Assembly: GCA_948432605.1 (NCBI GenBank)
Contig: CAOJCV010000002.1
Location: forward strand, 1 to 43,325
Length of the DNA stretch: 43,325 nucleotides
Source of the DNA: an uncultured Mycoplasmatota bacterium
GTDB taxonomy: Bacteria > Bacillota_I > Bacilli_A > RF39 > UBA660
Reading direction: 5' to 3'
Shown here piece by piece: positions 25,118-33,870 of this stretch. The position numbers and the translations under genes were made by a program. Numbering within the stretch: the stretch's first letter is position 1; every line of letters begins with the position of its first letter. The notes under the pieces are model-generated. The model saw only the letters and a program-made list of their open reading frames with translations, was not told where the DNA came from and ran no database searches.

Positions 25118-27022
25118 ATGTTTTTTAAAGACATTCATACGAGAATTCGTTTTTTCTTTTTGGTTATATTATTCATTTTGATAATTATTGTTTTAAGAGT
25201 ATTTTATATTCAAGTTTTTCAATATGATAAATTAAGTAGTTTAGCTGAGTCTTTATGGAGTAGAAAACTTCCTATTGGGGCTGATCGTGGTGAGATTTAT
25301 GATCGAAATGGAAAGGTTTTAGCAACTAATCTTACAACTACTTCTTTGGTTTTAATACCTAATCAAATTAAAAATAAAGAGGAGGTAGCTAGATCATTAA
25401 GTGAAATCTTAAATTCTGATTATGAAGATATGTTGGCTCATGTTAGTAAAAAAACAAGTATCGAACGAGTCCATCCAGAGGGACGTCAACTTTCCTATGA
25501 GATTGCAAGTAAAATAGACGAATTACAGTATGATGGAGTTTATTTGGTGAAAGAAAGTAAAAGATATTATCCTTATGGAACTGTTTTATCTCATGTTTTA
25601 GGATATGTTGGTATTGATAATCAAGGATTGTCAGGATTAGAACTTACTTATGATAAATATTTAACAGGAGAAGATGGGGCTATTAAATATTTTTCTGATG
25701 GAAAAGGAAATCGTTTGGAATTATCAGAAGTTTATGAAAAACCACAAAATGGAGTTAATTTAAAGTTAACTATTGATTTAGATATTCAATTAGCTGCAGA
25801 GCGAGAATTAGATAATATTATGACAAAATTTACTCCTGAACATGCGATGATTCTTGCAATGAATCCTAAGACAGGGGAAATTTTGGCTATGTCAAGTCGT
25901 CCAAATTTTGATTCAAATAATTATAAAGAATATACAACTGAGACTATTAATCAAAATCTTCCTATATGGATGACTTATGAGCCAGGAAGTACATTTAAAA
26001 TTATGACATTGGCTTCTTCTTTGGAAGAGAAAACAGTAAATCTTTTTGAAGATACTTTCTTTGATTCTGGAAGTGTTCATGTAGATGGGGCGACAATTCA
26101 TTGTTGGAAAAGTGGAGGGCATGGAGCTCAAACTTTTTTGAATGTTGTTGAGAATAGTTGTAATCCAGGGTTCGTTTCTTTGGGGCAAAAGCTTGGAACA
26201 GAAACATTAATGAAGTATATAAATAATTTTGGTTTTGGAGAGAAAACAGGGATTGACTTAAATGGAGAATCTAATGGTATTTTATTTAGAATTAATAAGA
26301 TGGGGCCTGTAGAGCTTGCAACGACTAGTTTTGGCCAAGGTATTTCTGTAACACCTATTCAACAAGTTACGGCAGTAAGTGCTGTTGTTAATGGAGGAAA
26401 TTTGTATCAACCATATCTTGTAGGACAGATGCTTGAACCTGAAACGAATTCGATAATATTTCAAATGGAACCTGTTTTAAAAAGGCGAGTTATTAGTGAA
26501 GAAACTTCGCGTCTTGCAAGATATGCTTTAGAAAGCGTTGTGGCAAATGGTTCAGGTAAAAATGCTTACATTGAAAATTATCGTGTAGGAGGAAAAACAG
26601 GAACAGCTCAAAAAGTAAAAGATGGACATTATATGGATGGAAATTATATTTTGTCTTTTGTAGGTTTTATGCCAGCTGATGATCCTGAAATTGTAGTTTA
26701 TGTTGCGATTGATCATCCTGTTGGTGTAGTTCAGTATGGAGGTACTACGGCAGCTCCTATTGCAAAATCTGTTTTAGAAACGGCTATTAGTGTTTTAAAT
26801 CTTGAACCAACTACAGAAGGTATGGAAAGAGAATATACATGGATGGATACAAAATACGTTACTTTGCCAGATGTACGAGGAATGATTGTAGAGGAAGCAA
26901 AAAAGGTTTTAAAAGGTTTTAAGGTGGAATATTCTGGCTCTGGAGATAAGATAATATATCAAAGTCCTAATGCAAATAGTCATGTAAAAGAAGGTGGAGA
27001 TGTAAAATTGATGTTAGGGTAA
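25118..27022 (+). CDS. Class B penicillin-binding protein (FtsI/PBP2B/SpoVD family) with one C-terminal PASTA domain
   Basis: It has an N-terminal TM anchor, the transpeptidase motifs GSTFK, SCN (ENSCNPG) and KTGTA, and a C-terminal PASTA-like block (VTLPDVRGMIVEEAKKVLKGFKVEYSGSG). AGGTGA RBS. Confidence 0.9.
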   Translation: MFFKDIHTRIRFFFLVILFILIIIVLRVFYIQVFQYDKLSSLAESLWSRKLPIGADRGEIYDRNGKVLATNLTTTSLVLIPNQIKNKEEVARSLSEILNSDYEDMLAHVSKKTSIERVHPEGRQLSYEIASKIDELQYDGVYLVKESKRYYPYGTVLSHVLGYVGIDNQGLSGLELTYDKYLTGEDGAIKYFSDGKGNRLELSEVYEKPQNGVNLKLTIDLDIQLAAERELDNIMTKFTPEHAMILAMNPKTGEILAMSSRPNFDSNNYKEYTTETINQNLPIWMTYEPGSTFKIMTLASSLEEKTVNLFEDTFFDSGSVHVDGATIHCWKSGGHGAQTFLNVVENSCNPGFVSLGQKLGTETLMKYINNFGFGEKTGIDLNGESNGILFRINKMGPVELATTSFGQGISVTPIQQVTAVSAVVNGGNLYQPYLVGQMLEPETNSIIFQMEPVLKRRVISEETSRLARYALESVVANGSGKNAYIENYRVGGKTGTAQKVKDGHYMDGNYILSFVGFMPADDPEIVVYVAIDHPVGVVQYGGTTAAPIAKSVLETAISVLNLEPTTEGMEREYTWMDTKYVTLPDVRGMIVEEAKKVLKGFKVEYSGSGDKIIYQSPNANSHVKEGGDVKLMLG

Positions 27023-27102
27023 TGTTAAGAAATGTCAAAAATGTAACTTCTTTGATGTAATTTAGTTAATATATTGTATAATAAGATTAAGTAGGTGATT
27101 TT

Positions 27103-28095
27103 ATGTTAATTTTGGCAAAGACAGCTCTTGCTATGATGCTAGGTTTTATATTTGCAATTATATGTGGTTTAGTTATCATACCTGTATTGAAAAAAATAAA
27201 TTTTAGGCAGCATGTAAGTTCTTTAATTGGAGAGAGGCATTTAAAAAAAGAAGGAACACCGACAATGGGGGGTGTTATCTTTATTTTTCCAGTTTTAATT
27301 ACACTTCTTTTACTTTACATAAGAGGAAGTATTACTTTTAATCATAATTTGATTATTTTGATATTTGTTTTTATTGCTTATGCATTGTTAGGTTTTATTG
27401 ATGATTGGCTTAAAGTTCGTTATAACAATAATGAAGGACTTCGTATATCAACAAAGTTTTTATTACAAATGGTGATAGCTCTTATTTTCTTTTATATTTT
27501 TATGAAAAATGGTGGAGAGCCAGTTTTACGAATTTCTTCTTTAAACCTTGTTTTGCCAATGGGATGGGCGTTTGGGTTATTTATTTTATTTTTACTTGTT
27601 GGAAGTAGTAATGCTGTTAATATTACAGATGGATTAGATGGACTTTGTGGAGGATTATCTGTTATTGCATTTTTTGCATTTGGTATTATTACATGGAGTA
27701 CAACTTGGATGGAAGGATATCAAGAAGTCGCGATATTTTGCTTTGTTTTAGTTGGTTCATTGTTAGGATTTTTATTGTTTAATTCAAATCCTGCAAAAGT
27801 TTTCATGGGAGATTTAGGAAGTTTAGCACTTGGTGCTGCGATGGCGACTGTGGCAATTATTACTCGTCATGAACTTTCTTTGGCATTAATTGGTGGAGTG
27901 TTTGCTGTTGAGACATTATCTAGTATGATTCAAATTATTGCTATTCGAAAATTTAAAAGAAAAGTATTTAGAATGGCTCCCCTTCATCATCACTTTGAAC
28001 AATTAGGGTGGAGTGAAAGAGATATTGTAAAAGTATTTTATGTTGTAGGTTTACTGTTGGCAATGGCCGCTATAACTTATGGAGTCTGGTTGTAA
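27103..28095 (+). CDS. mraY: Phospho-N-acetylmuramoyl-pentapeptide transferase
   Basis: It is polytopic with the motifs GTPTMGG, NAVNITDGLDGL, MGDLGSLALG and APLHHHFE. Confidence 0.95.
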   Translation: MLILAKTALAMMLGFIFAIICGLVIIPVLKKINFRQHVSSLIGERHLKKEGTPTMGGVIFIFPVLITLLLLYIRGSITFNHNLIILIFVFIAYALLGFIDDWLKVRYNNNEGLRISTKFLLQMVIALIFFYIFMKNGGEPVLRISSLNLVLPMGWAFGLFILFLLVGSSNAVNITDGLDGLCGGLSVIAFFAFGIITWSTTWMEGYQEVAIFCFVLVGSLLGFLLFNSNPAKVFMGDLGSLALGAAMATVAIITRHELSLALIGGVFAVETLSSMIQIIAIRKFKRKVFRMAPLHHHFEQLGWSERDIVKVFYVVGLLLAMAAITYGVWL

Positions 28096-28097
28096 CA

Positions 28098-28127
28098 AAG
28101 CATACAAAAACACATGTATGTTTTTTT
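28098..28127 (+). terminator. Rho-independent terminator after mraY
   Basis: CATACA (28101-28106) pairs with TGTATG (28115-28120), extendable by flanking A:T pairs, followed by T7. Confidence 0.5.
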
Positions 28128-28128
28128 G

Positions 28129-28157
28129 TTGACATTTTGTCTTAATTTTGGTATTCT
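28129..28157 (+). promoter_or_regulatory. SigA-type promoter for the 564-aa orphan gene
   Basis: TTGACA (28129-28134), a 17-nt spacer, then TGgTATTCT (-10 hexamer at 28152-28157). Confidence 0.4.
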
Positions 28158-28183
28158 ATACACTCGTTAAGGGGGGCATTTTA

Positions 28184-29878
28184 ATGAATGCAAAAGAGTT
28201 AGATAAAATAAAGGATCAAATTTTCTTTTATATCGAAGGAATGAATAAAATTTTAATTACAAGTGATATTCAACTACCTGATAAAATTAAAAAAAGCAAA
28301 AATAAAAATTATGGAAATACCAATTTTTATGATGCAAGAGAATTAAAGGAATTAGATAAAAATTTTCAATCAAATACAGATTTTCAAACTAAAAGGGTAT
28401 TTCTTACAGATTGGGTTTTTAAAGCTGTAAAAGTTGGTAAAATAAAAATAGCTCCAAATTCAAATTTAAAAAATATGAGAAATGGTGAATATGTAAGCTT
28501 ATCTGCTGTAAAAGAAGTAATAGAAAAAAATATTAAGGGAGAACATTTTGGAGATTTTAAAGAAGAGTTTTTTATTTTTTTAAAGCAATCTTCTCAATTG
28601 AAGTTGAAAGAAGGCAAAATGGGGAAGGAAACTTCTAGATATATTTCTTTAAAAGAAAAAAAGATGAATAAATTTGCTAGAAATGTTGAACTTTATTTTG
28701 CAAAATATGCTTTTCCTATGCCTAATGATTCTTATATTCACATAGAAGAACTGCAACAATTTTTAACATGCTATTTAAAAAAGAAATGCAAGAAAGAGTT
28801 ACCAAGTGTAGTAGTAAGATCTAATCTTTCAGATTTTGAAGTTGTTAAGAAAATTAAGGAATTAAATATTCAAAAACATGTTCCAAAGACAAATTTTTGG
28901 AAAGTAGAAAAGAAGTTTTTGCCTAGTGTTGTTGTAAGAAATTTAAATTTAGATTTTCCTTTTTATAGGAAGATGGTAAGTGATAAAGTACGTTCTTCTT
29001 CTATTGTTAAATTACAAGAAAATAAAAAACCCAGATTAAAGAAAAGAACTATCATGCCAATTTTATTAGCAAGTGCTATTACATTATTATCTGGAACTGC
29101 CTATAATAAACCGTCTTCTTTTGATGTTCATAATACGACTGTTGTTCAAAGTGTGAATTATGAAGTTTCTAAATTTCATACAGAGCCTATTATGGAAACA
29201 AAAGAGTCTCAGGAGTTAAATGCATTATCTAAGTATGTAATAGGAGGAAAAATTGAATTAAAAGAAGGAACTCATTTATATGCATCTAGTGATCATAATT
29301 ATGGTGGAAGTTCTAAGTATGGAGCTTTAAAAGGTGATATAACTTCTTCTATTGATCGAATTGTTTTATTAAAGGGTGGCAAAATTGTTTTAAATGAACA
29401 AATGAAAGGAAAAAATGTTTTAGATTGTCTTGATGCATATGATAATGATTGTGAAGTTATTTTCCATGTAGAACAAGGATGGGTAGATCTAAATGATATA
29501 AAACAAAGTTTTAATATTAAAACAATTGGTAGCCGAATGGTAATGGATGGAACTATTCGTGGAGAAGTAGATCCATATAATGGTAAATGCGATTTGGAAG
29601 ATGAAAAAGTAGATATTTCGAACATGAGTATTGGAGAAGTAAAAACTTTTAATGGTACAAGCTATATGTTAAAAGAATTTGATATTTCTGAAAGAGAAGA
29701 AGTTCATGTTACTACTTGTTATACTGAAGGACATTGGGATTGGAATTTAAAAAATATTTCTAAAAAGAAAGCGTTATTATTGGAAAGTTTGGGACTTCTT
29801 TCTTCTGTTTTATGGGCGAGGAAGTATAAAGAAGCAACGAAACAAGTTAATGAACGTCACGACTTACGCTTAAAATAA
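28184..29878 (+). CDS. Hypothetical bitopic membrane protein (Lys-rich cytoplasmic half, TM helix, extracytoplasmic half, C-terminal hydrophobic segment)
   Basis: I set the start at MNAKELDK (AAGGGGGG RBS). A central TM helix (IMPILLASAITLLSGTAY) lies at about residue 300, and a C-terminal hydrophobic stretch (ALLLESLGLLSSVLWA) is present. An internal duplicated motif LPSVVVR occurs at 28799-28819 and 28919-28939. I recognised no family. Confidence 0.65.
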   Translation: MNAKELDKIKDQIFFYIEGMNKILITSDIQLPDKIKKSKNKNYGNTNFYDARELKELDKNFQSNTDFQTKRVFLTDWVFKAVKVGKIKIAPNSNLKNMRNGEYVSLSAVKEVIEKNIKGEHFGDFKEEFFIFLKQSSQLKLKEGKMGKETSRYISLKEKKMNKFARNVELYFAKYAFPMPNDSYIHIEELQQFLTCYLKKKCKKELPSVVVRSNLSDFEVVKKIKELNIQKHVPKTNFWKVEKKFLPSVVVRNLNLDFPFYRKMVSDKVRSSSIVKLQENKKPRLKKRTIMPILLASAITLLSGTAYNKPSSFDVHNTTVVQSVNYEVSKFHTEPIMETKESQELNALSKYVIGGKIELKEGTHLYASSDHNYGGSSKYGALKGDITSSIDRIVLLKGGKIVLNEQMKGKNVLDCLDAYDNDCEVIFHVEQGWVDLNDIKQSFNIKTIGSRMVMDGTIRGEVDPYNGKCDLEDEKVDISNMSIGEVKTFNGTSYMLKEFDISEREEVHVTTCYTEGHWDWNLKNISKKKALLLESLGLLSSVLWARKYKEATKQVNERHDLRLK

Positions 29879-30935
29879 TACCTATTGAGGCCATTGTTAC
29901 TAATAAACTACTGCCTCCATAACTAAAAAATGGTAAAGTTACTCCAGTTACAGGTATTAAACCAATAACAACTGCTAAATTTAAAGTTGCTTGGATTAGA
30001 ATTCCTATTGAAAAGCCAAATACTAAGAATTTAGAGAATAAATCATTAGATTTTAAGGCTATTTTAATGGAACGATAAAATAAGAAAAAGAAGAAAGATA
30101 CTACTATTAAAACACCTAGAAAACCAAATTCTTCGCTGATGATAGAAAAAATGAAATCTGTCTGTGGTTCTGGAAGGTAAAAGTGTTTTTGATGTGAGTT
30201 TAAAAATCCTTGACCTAGTAATCCACCTGGTCCAATTGCATAAAGACTTTGAATAATTTGAAATCCGCTTCCTAATGGATCACTCCAAGGGTTTAAGAAA
30301 GATACAATTCTTGCCATACGATAAGGAGCGATGATTATTAAACCAACGATACCTAAAAGACCTAATAAACCTATTTTAATAAAAAATGATATTTTTACAC
30401 CACTAATAAAAATTAAACTTATCAGAGTAAGAGCAATTACCATTGCTGTACCGAAATCTGGTTCTAGCATAATTAAAAGAAAAAATATACCTATTACAAG
30501 GAGGATTGGAAAAACTCCTTTTTTTATATCTCTTAATTCTTTTCTGTTTTGGCTTAAATATTTTGAAACAAATATAATGAGGCCAATTTTGGCAAATTCG
30601 CTTGGTTGGATTCCCATACCTCCAATTCCAAACCAACTTCTTGAACCATTTCTTACTGTCCCTATGCCAGGTATTAAAACTAAAACTAACAGTATAAAAC
30701 ATCCTAATATAATTTTATTTGCGTTTTTATGCCAGAATGCTACATTTATTTTGCTAAGAAAATTACATAGGAAAATGCCTATTATGAAAAAGATACTTTG
30801 GCTTTTTATAAATTTTAATGAATCATGAAATTTATATTGAGCCCATATGGAACTGGCAGAGTAAATCATTATAATTCCAAAAATTCCTATTATAATTACA
30901 GTAAAAAAAAGTATTTTATCATAAGATTTTTTCAT
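29847..30935 (-). CDS. SEDS-family peptidoglycan polymerase (FtsW/RodA/SpoVE)
   Basis: It is polytopic, 362 aa, with the motifs GSRSWFGIGGMGIQPSEFAK, EPDFGTA, LPEPQTDFIFS and PFFSYGGSS. GAGGTGG RBS. Its 3' end overlaps the convergent 564-aa gene by 32 nt. Confidence 0.9.
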   Translation of the reverse strand: MKKSYDKILFFTVIIIGIFGIIMIYSASSIWAQYKFHDSLKFIKSQSIFFIIGIFLCNFLSKINVAFWHKNANKIILGCFILLVLVLIPGIGTVRNGSRSWFGIGGMGIQPSEFAKIGLIIFVSKYLSQNRKELRDIKKGVFPILLVIGIFFLLIMLEPDFGTAMVIALTLISLIFISGVKISFFIKIGLLGLLGIVGLIIIAPYRMARIVSFLNPWSDPLGSGFQIIQSLYAIGPGGLLGQGFLNSHQKHFYLPEPQTDFIFSIISEEFGFLGVLIVVSFFFFLFYRSIKIALKSNDLFSKFLVFGFSIGILIQATLNLAVVIGLIPVTGVTLPFFSYGGSSLLVTMASIGIILSVSRDVH

Positions 30936-31049
30936 GATCCACCTCTATATAAAATATATGCATTCTTTGATAGAAATATTTTTTCTATTTTTTTAGATAA
31001 AATTGAAGCTTAAAACATACATTTTTTTGCATTTTCTGACCTTTTTTTC

Positions 31050-31079
31050 TTGCAATATTATCTTTGTTGGTGATATAAT
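31050..31079 (+). promoter_or_regulatory. SigA-type promoter for rpsU-yqeY
   Basis: TTGCAA (31050-31055), an 18-nt spacer, then TGaTATAAT (-10 hexamer at 31074-31079). Confidence 0.5.
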
Positions 31080-31114
31080 CATTTGTAGAAAAAACGTGAA
31101 GGGAGGGATTGTGA

Positions 31115-31306
31115 GTGAATTCCAATAAAGTTGTAGTAAAAGATGGCGATATTGATAAGGCATTAAGAAGATTTAAAGTCGTAGTTGCCAAAAGTGGTGT
31201 CCCTTCAGAAATCAAAAAAAGAAAACATTATGAAAAGCCAGGCGTGAAGAAAAGAGAAGAAAAGAAGAAAAATACTAGAAATTCTAAAAAAAATCGCAAT
31301 TACTAG
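31115..31306 (+). CDS. rpsU: 30S ribosomal protein bS21
   Basis: The sequence VVVKDGDIDKALRRFK...KKRKHYEKPGVKKREEKK is typical of S21. It has a GTG start with a GGGAGGG RBS. Confidence 0.9.
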   Translation: MNSNKVVVKDGDIDKALRRFKVVVAKSGVPSEIKKRKHYEKPGVKKREEKKKNTRNSKKNRNY

Positions 31307-31329
31307 AATGAAATTTCATTCTTTTTTTA
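31305..31329 (+). terminator. Rho-independent terminator or attenuator after rpsU
   Basis: The palindrome AGAATGAAA/TTTCATTCT (31305-31322) is followed by T-rich sequence. Confidence 0.55.
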
Positions 31330-31377
31330 CTTTTTTAAATTTTATTGTATAATATTATATAGAAGGGATTTATAATT

Positions 31378-31818
31378 ATGAATTTAAAAGAACAAATAAC
31401 TAAAGATATGACAGAAGCTATGAAAAATAAAGACAAATTAACATTGTCAGTTTTGAGACTTTTAAAAAGTGCATTGCAATTAGAAAGTATTAAAGAAAAG
31501 AAAGAACTAGAAGATAAAGATGTTATTGTGGTAATTAAGAGAAGTGTAAAACAAAGAAAAGATTCTATCTCAGAGTTTTTAAAATTTAATAAACAAGAAG
31601 AGGTGCAAGTTTTAGAAGAAGAAATTTTAGTTTTGAAAAAATATTTACCTCAGGAATTATCTGATGAACAAATTGATTCTAAAATTGATGAAATATTTGA
31701 GGAATTAAAACCTCAAAGTATCAAAGATATGGGTCTTGTTATGAAACGTTTAACTGAAGATATTGGTGCTGTTGCAGATATGTCAAAAGTTAGTCAAAAA
31801 GTTAAGGAAAAATTTTAA
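31378..31818 (+). CDS. yqeY: GatB/YqeY-domain protein
   Basis: LKEQITKDMTEAMKNKDKLTLSVLRLLKSAL is the typical YqeY N-terminus. It is 146 aa and adjacent to rpsU, as in B. subtilis. Confidence 0.85.
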   Translation: MNLKEQITKDMTEAMKNKDKLTLSVLRLLKSALQLESIKEKKELEDKDVIVVIKRSVKQRKDSISEFLKFNKQEEVQVLEEEILVLKKYLPQELSDEQIDSKIDEIFEELKPQSIKDMGLVMKRLTEDIGAVADMSKVSQKVKEKF

Positions 31819-31823
31819 AAACA

Positions 31824-31858
31824 AAAAGATATTTTGTCGAAAAAGTATCTTTTTTTTC
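31824..31858 (+). terminator. Rho-independent terminator after yqeY
   Basis: AAAAGATA (31824-31831) pairs with TATCTTTT (31846-31853) and is followed by a T-run. Confidence 0.5.
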
Positions 31859-31891
31859 TATTTATTGGTACCATTTTGGTGGGTGAAGGAA

Positions 31892-32119
31892 ATGATTTTG
31901 TATTATCAAAATGAAACATTATATATTGAAATAGAAACTGAATTGAAGGAAAAAGAATATTTAAATCTAAAAAATAGACTTTTTCGGATTATAGAAGATT
32001 ACGAAGTTGATCGTGTTGTAATAGCTGATCCTAAAGACGGTTTTTATAATTGGAAAATTTTAAGAGAATTGAAACAAGATTATTACGCAAGATATAAAGG
32101 AGATTTTTATATTCGATAG
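31892..32119 (+). CDS. Small hypothetical protein (75 aa)
   Basis: ATG 31892 follows a GGTGGGTGAAGGA RBS and lies downstream of the yqeY terminator. The track's start at 31763 overlaps yqeY and the terminator. The sequence MILYYQNETLYIEIETELKEKEYLNLKNRLFRIIEDYEVDRVVIA weakly resembles a mini STAS/anti-sigma-antagonist beta-alpha unit. Confidence 0.45.
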   Translation: MILYYQNETLYIEIETELKEKEYLNLKNRLFRIIEDYEVDRVVIADPKDGFYNWKILRELKQDYYARYKGDFYIR

Positions 32120-32147
32120 CATATATTTATTTTTCCAGACCATACTA
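32119..32147 (+). promoter_or_regulatory. Forespore sigma-G/sigma-F-type promoter in front of gpr
   Basis: GCATA (32119-32123), a 17-nt spacer, then CATACTA (32141-32147), 17 nt before the gpr ATG. From memory, this matches the forespore consensus (-35 gnATR, -10 CATnnTA, with CATACTA the sigma-G optimum). Confidence 0.6.
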
Positions 32148-32164
32148 TTTTTGGGTGAAGTTTA

Positions 32165-32893
32165 ATGAAACAAAATTTAATATTGGATGCTGGAGAAATG
32201 TTTGAAAAAGATAAATTAATAGCAAGAAAAAAAATTAATGATGTTTTAGTAAAACATTATTTTATAAAAGATGGAAAAAAGGAAAAAAGGAATAGTGGAG
32301 ATTATTTTACTCTTTCTTTTGATGATGATGTTTTATATAAGAAGGAAAAAGTTTTAGAAAAAGTATTTTTAAAAACTTTTAAAACATTTTTAGCTAAATA
32401 TCATAAAGGTGGGACTATTTTGTTTGTTGGTTTAGGAAATTCTTCGATATTAGGAGATTCTTTTGGTGTGAATACACTAAATAAATTAATTGCCACGAAT
32501 GCTTATAATGATTTTTTAACGATTCCTAAAGTTGCTTTGTTTGCTCCTGAAACAACTAGTAAAACTGGTATATCTAGTTTTAAACTAATTGAAATGGTAG
32601 TAAATCATTTAAAACCAGATGTAATCATTTTGTTAGATAGTTTTGTAACTTCTAATGTAAACTTTATTAATAGAACAATTGAGATTAATGACTGTGGAGT
32701 TATTTTTCAAGATCAGTTACGAAGTAATCGTGTGATCGACAAGAAAACTTTTCAAATTCCAGTATTGTCTATCGGTTGTCCAACTCTTTTGGAATATGAA
32801 AAAACTTTTTTTTCTAAATATACTTTAGAACAAGATTTAGAAATTTTAACTAAAATAGTAGCAAATGCAATAAATCATACTGTAATGTCTTAA
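32165..32893 (+). CDS. gpr: Germination protease GPR (peptidase A25), short form
   Basis: It is collinear with B. subtilis GPR as I remember it. GDYFTLSF matches GRYLTLEA. ILFVGLGNSSILGDSFG matches LIVGLGNWNVTPDALGP. FAPETTSKTGISS matches FAPGVMGITGIET. KPDVIILLDSFV matches KPDFVIAIDALA. IPVLSIGCPTLL matches VPVIAIGVPTVV. Both catalytic Asp positions are retained. Confidence 0.8.
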   Translation: MKQNLILDAGEMFEKDKLIARKKINDVLVKHYFIKDGKKEKRNSGDYFTLSFDDDVLYKKEKVLEKVFLKTFKTFLAKYHKGGTILFVGLGNSSILGDSFGVNTLNKLIATNAYNDFLTIPKVALFAPETTSKTGISSFKLIEMVVNHLKPDVIILLDSFVTSNVNFINRTIEINDCGVIFQDQLRSNRVIDKKTFQIPVLSIGCPTLLEYEKTFFSKYTLEQDLEILTKIVANAINHTVMS

Positions 32894-32943
32894 ATCGACA
32901 TTCTTTTTTTATTTGATATATTACAATATATATAGGTGATATT

Positions 32944-33864
32944 ATGAAACAGTTTAAAGGTAAAAAAATTAGGACTAAACGAATTAAAATATTTTTGTTT
33001 TTTCTTGTAGTTGCAATTACTTTTGGTTTTAGTTTGTCTTATTTTTCTCATTTACTTCAAAAAGAGGAAGTTTTGGAATTTTTAATAGAGTCGACTTTGT
33101 TTTCGGAAAAAAATATAGATAAGAAAAAAAGTACTAGTTTGCTCGATTTTTTGTTAGATTATACTATTGGTAAGAAAAAAGATATAGATCATTATACTTT
33201 AGATGATGTTATGGGAAATTTTATGGAAGATCCTACTCCTGAAGAAAATAAAAGTGAGAAACCTTTAGTTTACATTTATAGTACTCATCAAGGAGAGGGA
33301 TATGGAGGAGGAGTATTACAAGAACATGATATTACTCCAACAGTTATGATGGCTTCTTTTCGCCTTCGAGAAGAATTAAATAAAAGAGGTATTCCAACTA
33401 TTGTCGAAACTACTTCTATTAGTGATATTATTAATGCAAATGGCTGGGGATATACGGCAACATACCGAGTAAGTAGAATGTTAATGGAGCAAGCAAAAGA
33501 AAAAAATCCATCGCTAACTTATTTTATTGATTTTCATCGCGATGCCATACCTTATGAAAGTTCTATTTTAAGAACAGATGATAAAACGTATGCTAAAATT
33601 ATGTTTGTTATTGGTTCTGACCATGAAAATGCTTCTTCAAATATTGAGTTTGCAACTTTAATAAGTGATACTTTGAATCAAAAAGTAAATGGAATTTCAA
33701 GAGGATTGTATTATATTGGAAATCGTGAAGTAAATGGTGTGTATAATCAAGATTTTTCTCCTAAAACACTTCTATTTGAGGTGGGTGCTAACTATAATAA
33801 AATAAGTGAAGTTAATAATACTGTGTCAGTATTAGCAGATGCACTTAAAGAAATTATAGGGTGA
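32944..33864 (+). CDS. spoIIP: Stage II sporulation protein P (SpoIIP amidase/endopeptidase family)
   Basis: It has an N-terminal TM anchor and the motifs PLVYIYSTHQGEGY, YFIDFHRDA, KIMFVIG and LLFEVG. Its position after gpr matches B. subtilis. Confidence 0.85.
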   Translation: MKQFKGKKIRTKRIKIFLFFLVVAITFGFSLSYFSHLLQKEEVLEFLIESTLFSEKNIDKKKSTSLLDFLLDYTIGKKKDIDHYTLDDVMGNFMEDPTPEENKSEKPLVYIYSTHQGEGYGGGVLQEHDITPTVMMASFRLREELNKRGIPTIVETTSISDIINANGWGYTATYRVSRMLMEQAKEKNPSLTYFIDFHRDAIPYESSILRTDDKTYAKIMFVIGSDHENASSNIEFATLISDTLNQKVNGISRGLYYIGNREVNGVYNQDFSPKTLLFEVGANYNKISEVNNTVSVLADALKEIIG

Positions 33865-33870
33865 GGTATT

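Noticed and set aside
30825-31215. ORFs 30825-31013 (+) and 30985-31215 (-) in the region between the SEDS gene and rpsU.
   Set aside because: The first overlaps the 5' end of the SEDS gene and the second overlaps the rpsU promoter and coding start. Neither has an RBS or a recognisable motif. The region is better explained as divergent promoters.
32894-32943. A sigma-E-type mother-cell promoter in front of spoIIP.
   Set aside because: There are only loose matches (ATATTACAATAT) to the CATACA-T -10 element and no convincing -35 at proper spacing. I cannot support it from sequence alone.
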